DNA of 49,795 bases, filler included, from Sphacelaria rigidula (GCA_964200075.2; 3 parts of 3 records of this genome joined end to end with filler, not necessarily neighbours in it); one strand, 5' to 3'; shown: positions 23,852-35,106, counted from the first letter of the whole stretch. The notes: generated by a model from the sequence alone, not told the origin. A program made the numbers and translations.

Positions 23852-26800
23852 TTATTTTCCAAAGTCCTCCACCTGTTGCAAGAGTCTGTGGTGCACTATT
23901 TTCTCGCAATATTTTGTAAGGATGTCAGCAAGTTGGTTCTCTGACTTCACATGGTTGATTATGATTTGATCGTTTCTTATCATATCTTTGAGATTAAAAA
24001 ACTTTATAGCTAGATGTTTGCTACTCGTGCTATAATTAGAATTTGATGATAAATTCAGTGCCCCTTGAGAGTCTGAGAGAATAGTGGGTGTCTTTATCGA
24101 TAACCAGCCAAGTTCACGTACGAGATTCAGTAAATACATCCCAAATTTTCCACATCTGGCTAAAGCTATCAGTTCTGCTTCGGTAGTTGAAGAAGCCGTA
24201 ATTTTCTGCAGACTTGAAGAAAAGTGAACCAATCCGTTAGCTAAAAAGAACATTGTTCCTGTGGTTGATCTCATTCTACCTTGTGAACCTGAGTTACCGT
24301 ATGAAGAATCACAATATCCTCGTAGATTCAAGTTATTTTTCGAGAAGCGGTACGTGATAGGTAGATCCGGTATCCCTTTCAAGTATCGAAATACACGTTT
24401 CACTGCAACTAAATGATGGGTACTTGGTTTAGTCATATGGCGAGCTGCCTGAGTAACACTAAAAGCTATGTCGAATCTAGTGCATTGTGCTAAAAAGATC
24501 AGACTACCTACCATTGCTTGATATTGTTTTGTCTGTTCTGGGTCTAAAAGATTTTCTTCTGTTTCTTCTATATGTTGATTTGCTATACCTGGTGTATGTA
24601 CTGTGTTGCAGGAGTCCATTTTGAACTTTTGTAGCAAATTTAGTACGTATTTATGCTGTGAAAGTTTTAGAAATCCTCTTTCAGAATCTCTGATGACTTC
24701 CATACCTAAAATGAGTGAAACAGGTCCTAACTCTGATATCGAGAATTTTGTTTTAAGACTGTCTTGTACACTTTGCAAGATTTCGATGGATGGTCCTGTA
24801 AGTAGGATATCATCAACGAACAAAGTGATCATGACATAATGTTCTTGTTGCCCTTTTGTATAAACACACGGATCACTTGCAGTTGCTTTGAAACCCATGT
24901 TCTGTAGTTCAGTATCAATTGTAAAATTCCACACATTAGGACTTTGACGTAGTCCGTATAGAGCACGCCTAAGACGCATCACATGTGGTTTACCAGTATC
25001 TGGATCCGATGTCTCGAATCCAGGTGCTTGTTTACAGAACACAGTTTCTTTCAATCTGCCGTTTAAAAATGCGGTCTGTACATCTAGAGCTATTATCGGC
25101 CAATTTTTAGCTGTAGCTATTGCTAATAAAATCCTCTGGCTTTCCAGTCGACATACAGGTGCAAAGGTACTTCCACAGTCAAATCCGTGTTTCTGTGCCC
25201 AACCTTGGACAACTAAACGAGCCTTAAATCTTCCATCTGCTTTCACTTTGTACACCCAACGCGTACCAATTATATTGTTGTTTGGAGGTACCAAACTTGT
25301 TGGAATAGTATCTGCCACTTTGTGGTCCGATATGCTTTGGAGTTCGTCTAGCATGGCAGCTTTCCACTTTGTTGCAAATGGTGAAGATAACGCCTGTTTG
25401 TAGGTATTTGGAACTGGGATGGATGCAGGTGGTACTACATCTTCGATACCGACTACTCCTATATATTGGGTAACACTATCGAGAATTATTTTTGAGTGTT
25501 GATAGTATTCAACAGAGTTGATGGCTAGTTTCCGCAATTCTCTTGCTTGGCGCGTGTTCATTTGTTGAGATGTATCATGATCTGGGCTACCCGCAGAACG
25601 AAGTCGCATCGGTGTAGTTTTCTCAGTAGATGAATGCTCTAATTGAGTAATACCGTCGTATACATCGTTGTTAAAATTAAAATTTTCTTGCTGTTCATCA
25701 TGTGGAAGTTCGAGAATATCATCTTCATTATCATCTCCGTTTTCTCTCTCCCAAGTAGCTTGCGTATCATTGGAGATAATTCTGGCTGCTTGTTCTATGA
25801 AGGTGACATTTCTTGAACTTGCAATTCGACCAGTTTCTCGATTGTATATACGATAAGACGGACTATCAGAGTCATAACCTACTAGGACACCTTCCCATGC
25901 TTTTTGCTCTAATTTATTAATATGACGTTCTACGTGTACGAAAGCACGCGAGCCGATTATGCGCAAAAATGATAATTTGGCATGTTTTCCGAACATTCGA
26001 TGATAGGGAATTTCACCATTAATGCCACTATGCGGTAGGCGATTAATCAAAAATACAGCAGTAGCAGCAATTTCTCCCCATAAAGCCTTGGGTAAATTTG
26101 CTTCATTTAATAGGCATCGGGTAACGTTCATGATGGTTCTGCCGTCACGTTCCGACATTCCATTTTGTTGGGGGGTATAAGGTGCAGTGTATTGTTGTAA
26201 AATTCCCGTCATTTTACAATATTTTCGAAAATAATCTGCTATGTACTCTCCTCCACGATCAGTCCTGATACATTGAACTCGAAGTCCTAGGGGAATTGCT
26301 AGGTCCTGGATAAATTTTTGAAGTGTAGTTAAAGCTTCATCTTTACTTTTGATGAAATATACAACCTTTAACCTACTAAAATAATCAGTAAATTTGGCCA
26401 TATATTTAAAACCTCCTATTGCTGTTGGTGTTACTGGACCTAAAATATCAGTACTAACGAGTTGAAGACGATCGGTGATATTGTCCGAGTTGGTTGTCTT
26501 CGGGTGATTTCGTTGTGTACTTTTATTGATCATACAAGTGTCGCATGAAGTGAGTGTGCCTTCGAAATTCACACCTGATTCTGTAATATTTTTCATACTA
26601 CGCATAACTTCCGCAGACGGATGACCTAGTCTTTTGTGCCAGACTTCTGCTTTTACCACAGTTGAGTTAATCGAAGGACATTCGGGCTGTTCTAGATCTA
26701 TGACTTCAGTTGCATACGCAGTACCTACCCCCATGACTGTCCCAGAAATGGTACTAGATGCCAGTGCTGTTCCATGTGAGTGATTCTGCTCTTGGACAAT

Positions 26801-28462
26801 TCTCAAGCTAATATTATGCAATGTCCCAGTACTATTAATTGTAATTGGAATTTGAAAGTCACCGACATCAATATGTGATTTCGTAGAAAACACGGTTGAA
26901 ACACCCTTGCTGAGGGCCTCGCAAGGAGAGAATAGATGTTTTCCTAGACCTGGAACTATTACAACGGGCATACGAACAGAGCGTTCAATACCATTTACGT
27001 CAGTCACCAATGATTGAACAATGCCTCTTGCTGTGCCCTGTAACATGTGTCTTCCTGCTGCTAAAATGCACATGGGTGGATCAAGCTTGACAAGGTCCAG
27101 CATTTCCCTCTCAATATTTGGAAGTAGGTGGGAATCAAGAAAGTGATTGCTGGCTCCGCTGTCCACTACCATAGTAAATGGCGTTGCTACATGCATATTA
27201 GAAGAATCTGCTAGATCCCCAGCAAAAAAGGTATACCCCACTCCGCTCGGTGGAGAAGGCTCCATTACAGTCGCTGACGAAGGTGCACTCGCTTGCTGGA
27301 CATTGGTGTACATGGGTACTGTTGTTGACGTGGGAGTTGTAGTAGCTGTGTTCGCCTGATTGACAGGTCCATGATTCTGTATATTATTCTGATGGGTGTT
27401 ATTGTTACCACGATTACGGTTATTATTGTTGTTTCGATTTTTACCGTGACGATTATTACTATTGTATCCAGAGCTACCACGAGCGTTCCCATTGTTCATC
27501 TGGTTTTTACACTCTGAGTTATCGTGTTTATTTGTTTTGTGAAGGCTACACCACTTCACTTGTCTGCCGTCGTGCTGCTTCATTGATCTACAGTTACGGG
27601 AAATGTGGCCCGGTTTCTGGCAACGAAAGCATTTATTGTGCGATGATGTGGAATTTGAATATGAATCGAGTGGTGATGATGCATACATAGCACTTTCTCT
27701 TCCAACAGGTTTTCTCGCAGATTTACCACGAGCTAAACGATTGACATACAAATTCCTCATCGTGGACTCGATCTGTGACAGACTAAAATCAGGGTCGCGT
27801 TCAGCGTCGTATTTGATTTGACTGTAGTCATCAGTGAGTCCTTCGATGACTATATCTGTTAATCGTTCATCACTGACACTCTCATTCATATTTTTCAATT
27901 CGTCTCTGATTTGATATAAATTAGAGAGAAACACATCCGGGTCTTCACCTTGCGACATAGTTAAATTATCCAACTGCCTCATCAGAATTCGACGTCTTTG
28001 CTTGGATGAGTTCTGATATTTGGCAATCAAGCCATCCCAGGCTTTTTTACCGTCGGCAGGTGCTGAACCCTGTGGTTCAAACCGCAGCATAAAGCTGTTT
28101 GCAGGTCCGGTTGTGGTGAGATAAAGTATATTGAATAACTGTTCATTTGCACGATCGTATAGGACTATTTCATCCTTATTACTAACTATTCTACTACTAC
28201 TTGTTTCGCTTTCCTCTACTGAAGTAACATCCTGTCCTTGAGAACGTGTTACTACCGGTTCCGACCTAGTAGTGGACCTTCCACGAACATTCTCATAAAT
28301 TTCGGTAGGGCGAGTTCTACCGTTCAATATTTCCGAAATATTGGGATGGGTTAAAGATAAAACGGCTTTAGTTTTGCGCTTCCACTCCAAAAAATTCACT
28401 CCATCAAATTTACTGATGCTTTTGATTATTTGCGTAACAGACGGCTCTCCCGTTGAATTCAT
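23852..28462 (-). CDS. gag-pol: Copia gag-pol polyprotein (1536 aa)
   Basis: Zinc knuckle CFRCQKPGHISRNC; protease VVDSGASNH; WHKRLGH...CDTC; integrase TDILGP/RTDRGGEY/QNGMSER; RT FKARLVVQG, LDVQTAFLNG, LYGLRQSP, LFVDD; RNase H GYCDSSY, STTEAE, SDSQGA, ADILTK. Confidence 0.99.
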   Translation of the reverse strand: MNSTGEPSVTQIIKSISKFDGVNFLEWKRKTKAVLSLTHPNISEILNGRTRPTEIYENVRGRSTTRSEPVVTRSQGQDVTSVEESETSSSRIVSNKDEIVLYDRANEQLFNILYLTTTGPANSFMLRFEPQGSAPADGKKAWDGLIAKYQNSSKQRRRILMRQLDNLTMSQGEDPDVFLSNLYQIRDELKNMNESVSDERLTDIVIEGLTDDYSQIKYDAERDPDFSLSQIESTMRNLYVNRLARGKSARKPVGRESAMYASSPLDSYSNSTSSHNKCFRCQKPGHISRNCRSMKQHDGRQVKWCSLHKTNKHDNSECKNQMNNGNARGSSGYNSNNRHGKNRNNNNNRNRGNNNTHQNNIQNHGPVNQANTATTTPTSTTVPMYTNVQQASAPSSATVMEPSPPSGVGYTFFAGDLADSSNMHVATPFTMVVDSGASNHFLDSHLLPNIEREMLDLVKLDPPMCILAAGRHMLQGTARGIVQSLVTDVNGIERSVRMPVVIVPGLGKHLFSPCEALSKGVSTVFSTKSHIDVGDFQIPITINSTGTLHNISLRIVQEQNHSHGTALASSTISGTVMGVGTAYATEVIDLEQPECPSINSTVVKAEVWHKRLGHPSAEVMRSMKNITESGVNFEGTLTSCDTCMINKSTQRNHPKTTNSDNITDRLQLVSTDILGPVTPTAIGGFKYMAKFTDYFSRLKVVYFIKSKDEALTTLQKFIQDLAIPLGLRVQCIRTDRGGEYIADYFRKYCKMTGILQQYTAPYTPQQNGMSERDGRTIMNVTRCLLNEANLPKALWGEIAATAVFLINRLPHSGINGEIPYHRMFGKHAKLSFLRIIGSRAFVHVERHINKLEQKAWEGVLVGYDSDSPSYRIYNRETGRIASSRNVTFIEQAARIISNDTQATWERENGDDNEDDILELPHDEQQENFNFNNDVYDGITQLEHSSTEKTTPMRLRSAGSPDHDTSQQMNTRQARELRKLAINSVEYYQHSKIILDSVTQYIGVVGIEDVVPPASIPVPNTYKQALSSPFATKWKAAMLDELQSISDHKVADTIPTSLVPPNNNIIGTRWVYKVKADGRFKARLVVQGWAQKHGFDCGSTFAPVCRLESQRILLAIATAKNWPIIALDVQTAFLNGRLKETVFCKQAPGFETSDPDTGKPHVMRLRRALYGLRQSPNVWNFTIDTELQNMGFKATASDPCVYTKGQQEHYVMITLFVDDILLTGPSIEILQSVQDSLKTKFSISELGPVSLILGMEVIRDSERGFLKLSQHKYVLNLLQKFKMDSCNTVHTPGIANQHIEETEENLLDPEQTKQYQAMVGSLIFLAQCTRFDIAFSVTQAARHMTKPSTHHLVAVKRVFRYLKGIPDLPITYRFSKNNLNLRGYCDSSYGNSGSQGRMRSTTGTMFFLANGLVHFSSSLQKITASSTTEAELIALARCGKFGMYLLNLVRELGWLSIKTPTILSDSQGALNLSSNSNYSTSSKHLAIKFFNLKDMIRNDQIIINHVKSENQLADILTKYCEKIVHHRLLQQVEDFGK

Positions 28463-28684
28463 CTGCTACTCTAATCTGTGTTAAACTCGCACAACGTAAT
28501 TTCTTTCACCTCAAAAGTCTTCACAACTCCCGCTCCCTGACGGGACGTCCGAGCTTGACCACACTGCAGACGCTCCTGGCCGCAGTAGTAGTGCCTTGCT
28601 GCAGTAGTCCGATGTGACATCCTGCTCACCGGTGCTGAAGGCTACTGTATACTGTAGTCACACAAGAAACCTCAAAAGCGAATC

Positions 28685-28698
28685 GATGGCTCAAAACC
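28685..28698 (-). promoter_or_regulatory. Primer-binding site (PBS), half-tRNA type
   Basis: GGTTTTGAGCCATC directly follows the 5' LTR's terminal CA. It resembles the GGTTATG(G/A)GCC site of Drosophila copia-type elements rather than a TGG-starting PBS. Confidence 0.65.
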
Positions 28699-29290
28699 TG
28701 AAAGAAGTGTGGCTTTGTCTTGTGTATCACACACAAGGTTCAGCTGTCCAGAAGACAGGAACACGGTTCACCGAGTGAACCTAGCTCTAACAAGAGAGCT
28801 AACAGAGGCTGCACAGTGTTGTTAAACACTTGCTCGTGCAATAAAAGAAGATAAGATGTTTTGAGGTTGGCGCTTTATTTGGCCGAACAAACACAATAAA
28901 AACGCTTGGTCTCTTATTAACGCAAAGACCAACAACAAGCTGATAGGCTTGATTGAGTGGAGAAAAATGGAGAGTGACCACAAGGTGGCATCTCAGAAAA
29001 CGGTGCTAGCTCAACCAAACCTTTCGTACTATAAACTGTACGACCTGAACTCTATGACCATGCACTCTACATCCATAAACTCTTGATACTGTAGACTGCT
29101 CGACTCAAGCTATTCACTATTCTGACATCAACAGTCCGACCTATCCATTCGCCAATCCTTCATAACCCTACGGCTAAAACCCCTTCATACTGTCTGTACT
29201 ACGTTCTACGTATGTTACTGTTCGTGCTGAACCGTAACGTAATCTTCCGCTAAAGTTGTATGTATCCATGAAATAGATTTCCTTCCAACA
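28699..29290 (-). repeat. 5' LTR (592 bp)
   Basis: Near-identical to 22517-23109. Confidence 0.98.
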
Positions 29291-30329
29291 TGCTACACGC
29301 CATAGAAATTTGGATTTCGATCGCCGAAATGTTGGGATCCTAGGTGAAAAACCATTTGGGGGGATTTTGGGTGTCCGAACGGACGCCGAAATGGTTTCGA
29401 AATCGGTTTTTCACCCAGGACCCCGACATTTTGGTGATCGAAATCAAAATTTTGATGGCGTGCGGCAGTTGTCAATAGCTATCAGTGGGTGAAGAAATGG
29501 AACAATATTTCGAATATTTAGTGTGGATACAAATATTTTAATTCTCCGGGTTTCTCACCCCTAATAATGAAAGATCCGTCCCCAATTTGTAAGACCTCGC
29601 GCTGAAGATGAAGGTCAAGGTGTTCAAATTGAGAGGGGCGAAGGTTTAAGTTGAGGGTCGGTGTTGAAGATTCCGAGCTTCAAGTTGAACGCCCGACCTT
29701 CGACGTGAATCTTCGGTCGCACCTGCCACCTTCATGGTCAACCGCAGATTCTCCGCAACTTCTTGAATTCTTATTCATGACGGATTGTGCACATCAAACT
29801 CTTCTGGTGATATCATCTGCGGTGCATCTGTGTTGTGAAAGATCATTGCCGAAACAAAGCCGCGAGCAAAGAAGAAGCACGAACCAACAGAGAACCCTGA
29901 AAAATGGGAACGGGATTGTTCTATGGGAAGCAACTAAGGTCGAGAAAAAAATTCAAATGGTATCTGTTAAACGTACCTTCGAAGAGCATTTCACGACGTC
30001 GACCTCAGTTGGTTCCCATCGGAAAGTCTCGTTTCCATTTTTCAGAATCTCCTCGTAGCTACGGCATTTTCAAGGAGCGAAGCTGTCACCAAAACAGGTG
30101 TGTTGTAAGGTAATCGCTGCCACTTCACCTACTGTGGCTCATTCACGCTGCCTATTTTCTCTTTCATCCCACTAGAAATTCCTCCCCTTCCATGGGACGA
30201 CTATGCGGTCTCAAGGAATCAACCCAAGTCTCAACTGGTGTGTCTGGGGGGCTTGTTGCATTATCGCGTAAGCATTAACCACAGATGTAGATATCCAAAA
30301 CGGATATCGACGTCGTTTTTTTCTTCCTT

Positions 30330-30480
30330 TTATTGCGTCTCAGTCTACCATGTTGTTCTGTTATACCTTTTCTGTTTATTTTTCCTTCTGCGAGTGTTTC
30401 GGTTATGTCTATCATGTGACCACGGCTAGTCCCCTGGGGGGTCAGTTAAAGTGCGACAATCAATCAAAATCAACCAACCA
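30330..30480 (+). mobile_element. Retroposon 3' end, same family as 9640-9805
   Basis: Shared terminal motif followed by a (CAAT/CAAC)n tail. Confidence 0.65.
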
Positions 30481-30589
30481 AGGGGATAAAGCATATTCTT
30501 GATGTTTCGATCATAACAACGCATTTGATACCCTGGACCATACATCCTAGTTTCCGGTAGTTTTGACCTTAACTATGGACCATTAGTCA

Positions 30590-30745
30590 ACGCACCCTGA
30601 ACAAAGACTGAACTCTTGGTCGTGGCAACAATATGTCACGCCTACATTTTCAACCCGATTGCATCCGGCCAAGTTATTGCGCTCTACAAAACTAATCCAT
30701 CGTCGGCATGAAAAAATACTAAAAGGCACCGACTGCGTCGTTGGC
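30590..30745 (-). pseudogene. Possible non-LTR reverse transcriptase fragment
   Basis: One frame with stops reads LVFFHADDGLVL*SAITWPDAIGLKM*...TKSSVF, resembling YADDxVL...W...GLxxNxxKT. Confidence 0.3.
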
Positions 30746-31149
30746 TGATTTTGAAGGCATTGCCGTAACTTCGCTGGATCCTGTCGGATCGACGAATTAG
30801 ACACGGCACCTTATTCCTACGAATGCGGGCTTCAGCGTTTGCTCGGGGTGCACCGGTTGTATAGGTCGTCATTCACACCAGCTGTCGAATCTAGAACATG
30901 GACCGGCATCTGAATAAATGGACACGATCTCAATTGAATGAATATACTGTTGGGTACGGATATCCATGACCAATATCCGTCGTAAATATGGGTATCCATC
31001 TGGGATACCCATATCCATGATGAATATAATGTTCCTACCCCTACCCCTATCCCTAATCCTATCCTTCGACATCAGCTGAGGGCTATCATGCTAACATTTG
31101 TGTGTTTTGACCTTACACCCTCCCCGCACTCATGAAGGAACCCCAATGC

Positions 31150-32060
31150 ACAACGAGCAGCCGCTGTTATCGCGAGTTCAGTTTCAAACGTGAAGCTCGG
31201 GGTTTCATGCTGAAGGGCCAGCCTTCCATCCCGACCTCCTGCTTGAAGTTTACTCAACTTGAGCCTCCAGGTTTCAACTTGAGGGCTGAACCCACAACTT
31301 GGATGCCAAGACTTCGAGTTGAAGCCCCGAGGCTCTATCAGGCGTTCATCATGGAGCCTTAACTCGAAGATCAAGCCTTCATCTTCAAGCTTTAAGTTGA
31401 AGTTCGTGAAGTTCCAACTAAATGACCGTACTCATGAACGTTCACGCGAACGCCGAGCATTGAAACTCACGCTTACAAATTGGCCATTCGACTTTGAAGT
31501 CAACATTGTCGTTGGAGCCCAACCCCACAACCTGTACGTACTATTACTCTAACCCCTACCTCAACCCTGACCGTCAACTTGGACGCTACGCCATCAATTT
31601 AAACATTCGAAATTTCAACGTGAAGATTCAATTGAGAGTTTAAGTCAACACTGGAATGTAAGTCGATGCTTTTTGTTCCTTAACGTGAATGTTTTAAGTA
31701 AAGGTCTGACATCATGCGGGGCTTTGGGCTTAGGCCTTAGGCCTTTGTGGTTGCAGGTTCGACTTCAGATAGACCTCGAAGTTTAACTCTGATGTCCTTG
31801 AGTTCAACTTTGAAGTCAAGGCCTCTTGTTATATGCTGAAGCCTTAGGTTGAAGATTGGCGCCTCAACTTGACGCTCCCACGTTCGATGTTCAAGTTAAA
31901 AATCGCGAAACCTTCACGATGAATGCGGAGCTTCAAGTTGAAGAACAAGTTGAATAGCGAACCTCCGACACGAAGATCCGCCATTCACCTTGAATTTTCA
32001 TTCAAATCTCCGACCTTAAAGGTCAACCCCTGGTTCTCAACTTCAAGCTCGAACTTGAAT
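31150..32060. repeat. TTGAAG/TTCAAG-rich degenerate repeat (related tracts at about 22230-22380 and 29600-29770)
   Basis: Dense recurrence of GTTGAA, TTCAAC, CTTCAAG and AACTTGA motifs in both orientations. Confidence 0.6.
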
Positions 32061-33065
32061 TCGTCATACCGGCGGATTACATGTGCAGCACCGCTGGTGG
32101 AGTAACACGAACACAAACAAACGCGGTGATGAGACTTCTTTGTGTGTATACACCATGGGGTCGACCAAGGGCGAAGTATTCCTGCTAGTGCTCTCCCCTC
32201 ACGATACTGTCTGATACCCCATTTTCCCTACCATGCAGGGTACTTTACTGCCAGAAAAACGAATAGGGATGACGACTTGGAATCAGCCGGGGACTCTAGG
32301 GCGGCGTTTTTGACCGCGCGTAGCGGCGGAAACGTATCTGAGGTAGAGTCGGAGACAGCGAGAGGAGCACCATCTTCAAGAAGCCGACACCAGCTAGTAA
32401 CGGCAAGAGAAGGAGACGAGAGCGGGTTCGACACAGACTACATGTCTGCCTTCGAGCCAGGCACTTCGCGAACCTCGGGAATCTTCGAGGCAAGAGAACA
32501 AGCACTACGCAGAAACAATCGTGGACATGCATGAACGAGACGAAATGAGTGTTGAAACGGGTATCCCTGCAGTAAAAACCAACATAGCACAACGACGCAG
32601 TCCAAAAGGGAAGCTCAGCTGAGTAAGCATGATGGAGCTGAGCGGCACTCAGCTCATCACTCATGAATCACAGCGAGGTGTGATCAGATTGGGGATTGAG
32701 GCTACGGATCTACGGCTCTGCGAGTGATCAGATAATGAACCCAAGAGGTAGTCAGCCGGCAAAGCTGCGTAGAAATGCGGCAGCGCCTAATTACCTCATG
32801 ACAATATACTGTATCGCATAGCCGTTGTGCACCAAGGCATGGAGATGGAGCAGTACGACGCGCGACATGACGAACTTATATCGAGGGGCGGAGCGGTACA
32901 TGACAAGTCGTGCTAAGAGGTGTTATTCATAGTATCAAGTATATCGGGATTTCCCACCGTAGTGCACACGGTATTTCGTATCATATCTCCAGCATATCCA
33001 GCAAAAAAATCACGACCAACCTATTGCAGAGATACTACCAGCAGCGGGAGATAGCGGGGAAGGAG

Positions 33066-33122
<57 letters not shown>

Positions 33123-33173
33123 CCCGGGGCAGGCGACGGGTGCACGGGGGGCGGCGCCCTTCGAAAAACAAAA

Positions 33174-33273
33174 NNNNNNNNNNNNNNNNNNNNNNNNNNN
33201 NNNNNNNNNNNNNNNNNTTAATTAATTAANNNNNNNNNNNNNNNNNNNNNNNNNNNNNNNNNNNNNNNNNNNN
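33174..33273. other. Artificial scaffold linker
   Basis: 44 N + TTAATTAATTAA + 44 N. Confidence 0.97.
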
Positions 33274-33832
33274 ACAAGCGATTGACGTTCGGAGTTGAAA
33301 GTGTACTTTGGCCTTCTGCAGCGAAGAAAGAAGGGGGGATACCACGGCACGCGGGGGTATTAGAGGGAGCGAAGAGGTTCATGACATCTTATTGGCACAG
33401 GACCGAAAAAGAGGCCAGCCGACTACGTGTACTGAAACGGCGCAGTCTCAAGTAGAGTAGGGAGAGGATGGAAGCTACTAACTGCTGACTCCGATGCACC
33501 CCTCCCTCCGAGGCGGTAGGTGGTGTCATGTGGCGCCCTTTCTGCTTTGCTTAGTTCATGCATACGCATAGATGTCCTCTCAGAGGCCCAAGGATAGGTT
33601 TCTTCTATTTCTCTTCACCTTTTTTGTTTTTGTTTTTGTTTTGTTTTGTTCTTCTTGTATCGCGTCTGTGTGAATTTTTTGTGGGTCCGATTTTATTCCC
33701 TGATTTTCCTTTTACCCTAACATGGCGTGGTAACCTGTGACCACGGAAGACGTCCGAGTCAGATGCCCAGTACACACTGCGCAGATATCGGAACGACTTC
33801 TTAATGTGAAGACAACAACAACAATAACAACA
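33274..33832 (+). mobile_element. 3' end of a LINE (possibly RTE-like) with (CAA)n tail
   Basis: Frameshifted ORF tail WPSAAKKEGG...GVLEGAKRFMTS...EKEASRLR, a T-rich 3' UTR, then TAATGTGAAGACAACAACAAC. The same terminus occurs at 18661-18775. Confidence 0.65.
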
Positions 33833-33890
33833 CTTGACCACCGCCGGCTTGGCTCATCATCTCCCCGCCGACGCGGGCGCTGCTGTACTG

Positions 33891-33891
<1 letters not shown>

Positions 33892-33929
<38 letters not shown>
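33892..33929. repeat. (CA)n microsatellite
   Basis: Directly visible. Confidence 0.95.
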
Positions 33930-33932
<3 letters not shown>

Positions 33933-35106
33933 CAGAAAAAACATCTAAATTTCTGCTCTGGACAGGTTTGGATCTCTGTGAATCGGCCGGCCGTACAGTA
34001 CTGCCGACGAACGTGATCGACACATCAACTTCGTACAATTGTACAGCACAAAGCCAAGAGCTCCCTTTTACACTAAAAACAGGGCTGCCTTCAAAGAAGC
34101 CCTCGACCCCACAATTGCAACGTCATCGTGAGCTGAAACCGCAAAAACAAATTATGAAATACATCACACATGCCTCCACCGGACCTCATCTCTCACGAGA
34201 GTTGACGCCAGAGACCACAGCACAGCCGCACTCACCAAACAACGAAGCAGGAGATGAAGAAACCAAAACCAAAACAGTATTTGTGTATCCTAAAAGTATA
34301 GTAGACATCGCTCGTTCGCCAAAGGTCATACTCGCGACGATCACGCTCCTGTGTCGAAAAACGAAAAGAGGAGGAAATAAATAAATAAAAAGAGGTACAT
34401 GTACGTAAACCAGGCCTGGCTTTTGCCTCGCTGTACTTCAAGCGATGTACGCTATACTCTAGGTTTGCGTTGAAGGACAAGAATGCACAAAACAAAACAG
34501 AAAAGCACCAAAAGGTTTCACGTCTATGATGCTCAACAGAACAATGGGGGTACACATATTACTACATATATATAAACACTCGGAATTACGGCAAAGCAAC
34601 CAGGCTTTTCACCGATGGGGTTCTGTAGGTACCCAAGGGCCTACTCACGGCCGGGCGGGAGCCAGGGTCTCGCCCGCGAAAACAGCTACGGACACAGAAC
34701 CAAATGAGTCGGGCGCACCCCACAAACATCATAAATACATCTCTCAATCATAGTGCCGAGGAGCGAGCAGCATTACTGCAGGGAAAAAAAACAAGAAAAA
34801 AAGCAAAAACAATTACAGGGGATGGTTTCTCCATTTCAGTATACAGTAAAAAATGGTGCCGCATCAGGTCTGAAGGGGTGGTACTGCCGTCTGTGGTATC
34901 ATCTTGAACGAGACATGAAGAAATTAAAACGCCTGGCTGCTCTGGCGTGACCCTATGGCCGAATGTCGTACTGTACTCGAATAAAAGATGAGGGAATGAA
35001 CATATCGCCCCTTCCCCTCCCCACCCCTAGCCCTCCCCTCCACCATCTCCCTTCCGCGCCCCTTTCATCCCGCCCTGGAGGTCATGGCGTATGCTGCACG
35101 AGTTTT

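Larger units (their letters stand above)
22517..29290 (-). mobile_element. Full-length Ty1/copia LTR retrotransposon
   Basis: Paired LTRs with TG...CA ends, 5-bp TSD TGCTA (22512-22516 and 29291-29295), and an uninterrupted gag-pol in PR-IN-RT-RH order. Confidence 0.99.
22388..29594. mobile_element. Fold-back element split by the copia insertion
   Basis: 22389-22516 joined to 29296-29355 is the inverted copy of about 29400-29593 (e.g. GGTGAGAAACCCGGAGAATT / AATTCTCCGGGTTTCTCACC). Confidence 0.85.

Noticed and set aside
23782..23854. Simple stop-codon readthrough from pol into the 169-aa ORF
   Set aside because: TAA is followed by CTA, a readthrough-like context, but a second in-frame stop (TGA) follows eight codons later.
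24603..27821. Short plus-strand ORFs inside pol, and 60-aa ORFs in the LTRs
   Set aside because: They are antisense shadows. The LTR ORFs differ by a frameshift between the two copies.
32142..32534. 130-aa acidic/Ser-rich ORF as a gag N-terminus or host exon
   Set aside because: It looks protein-like but has no motif, no convincing LTR or PBS and no clear splice partners.
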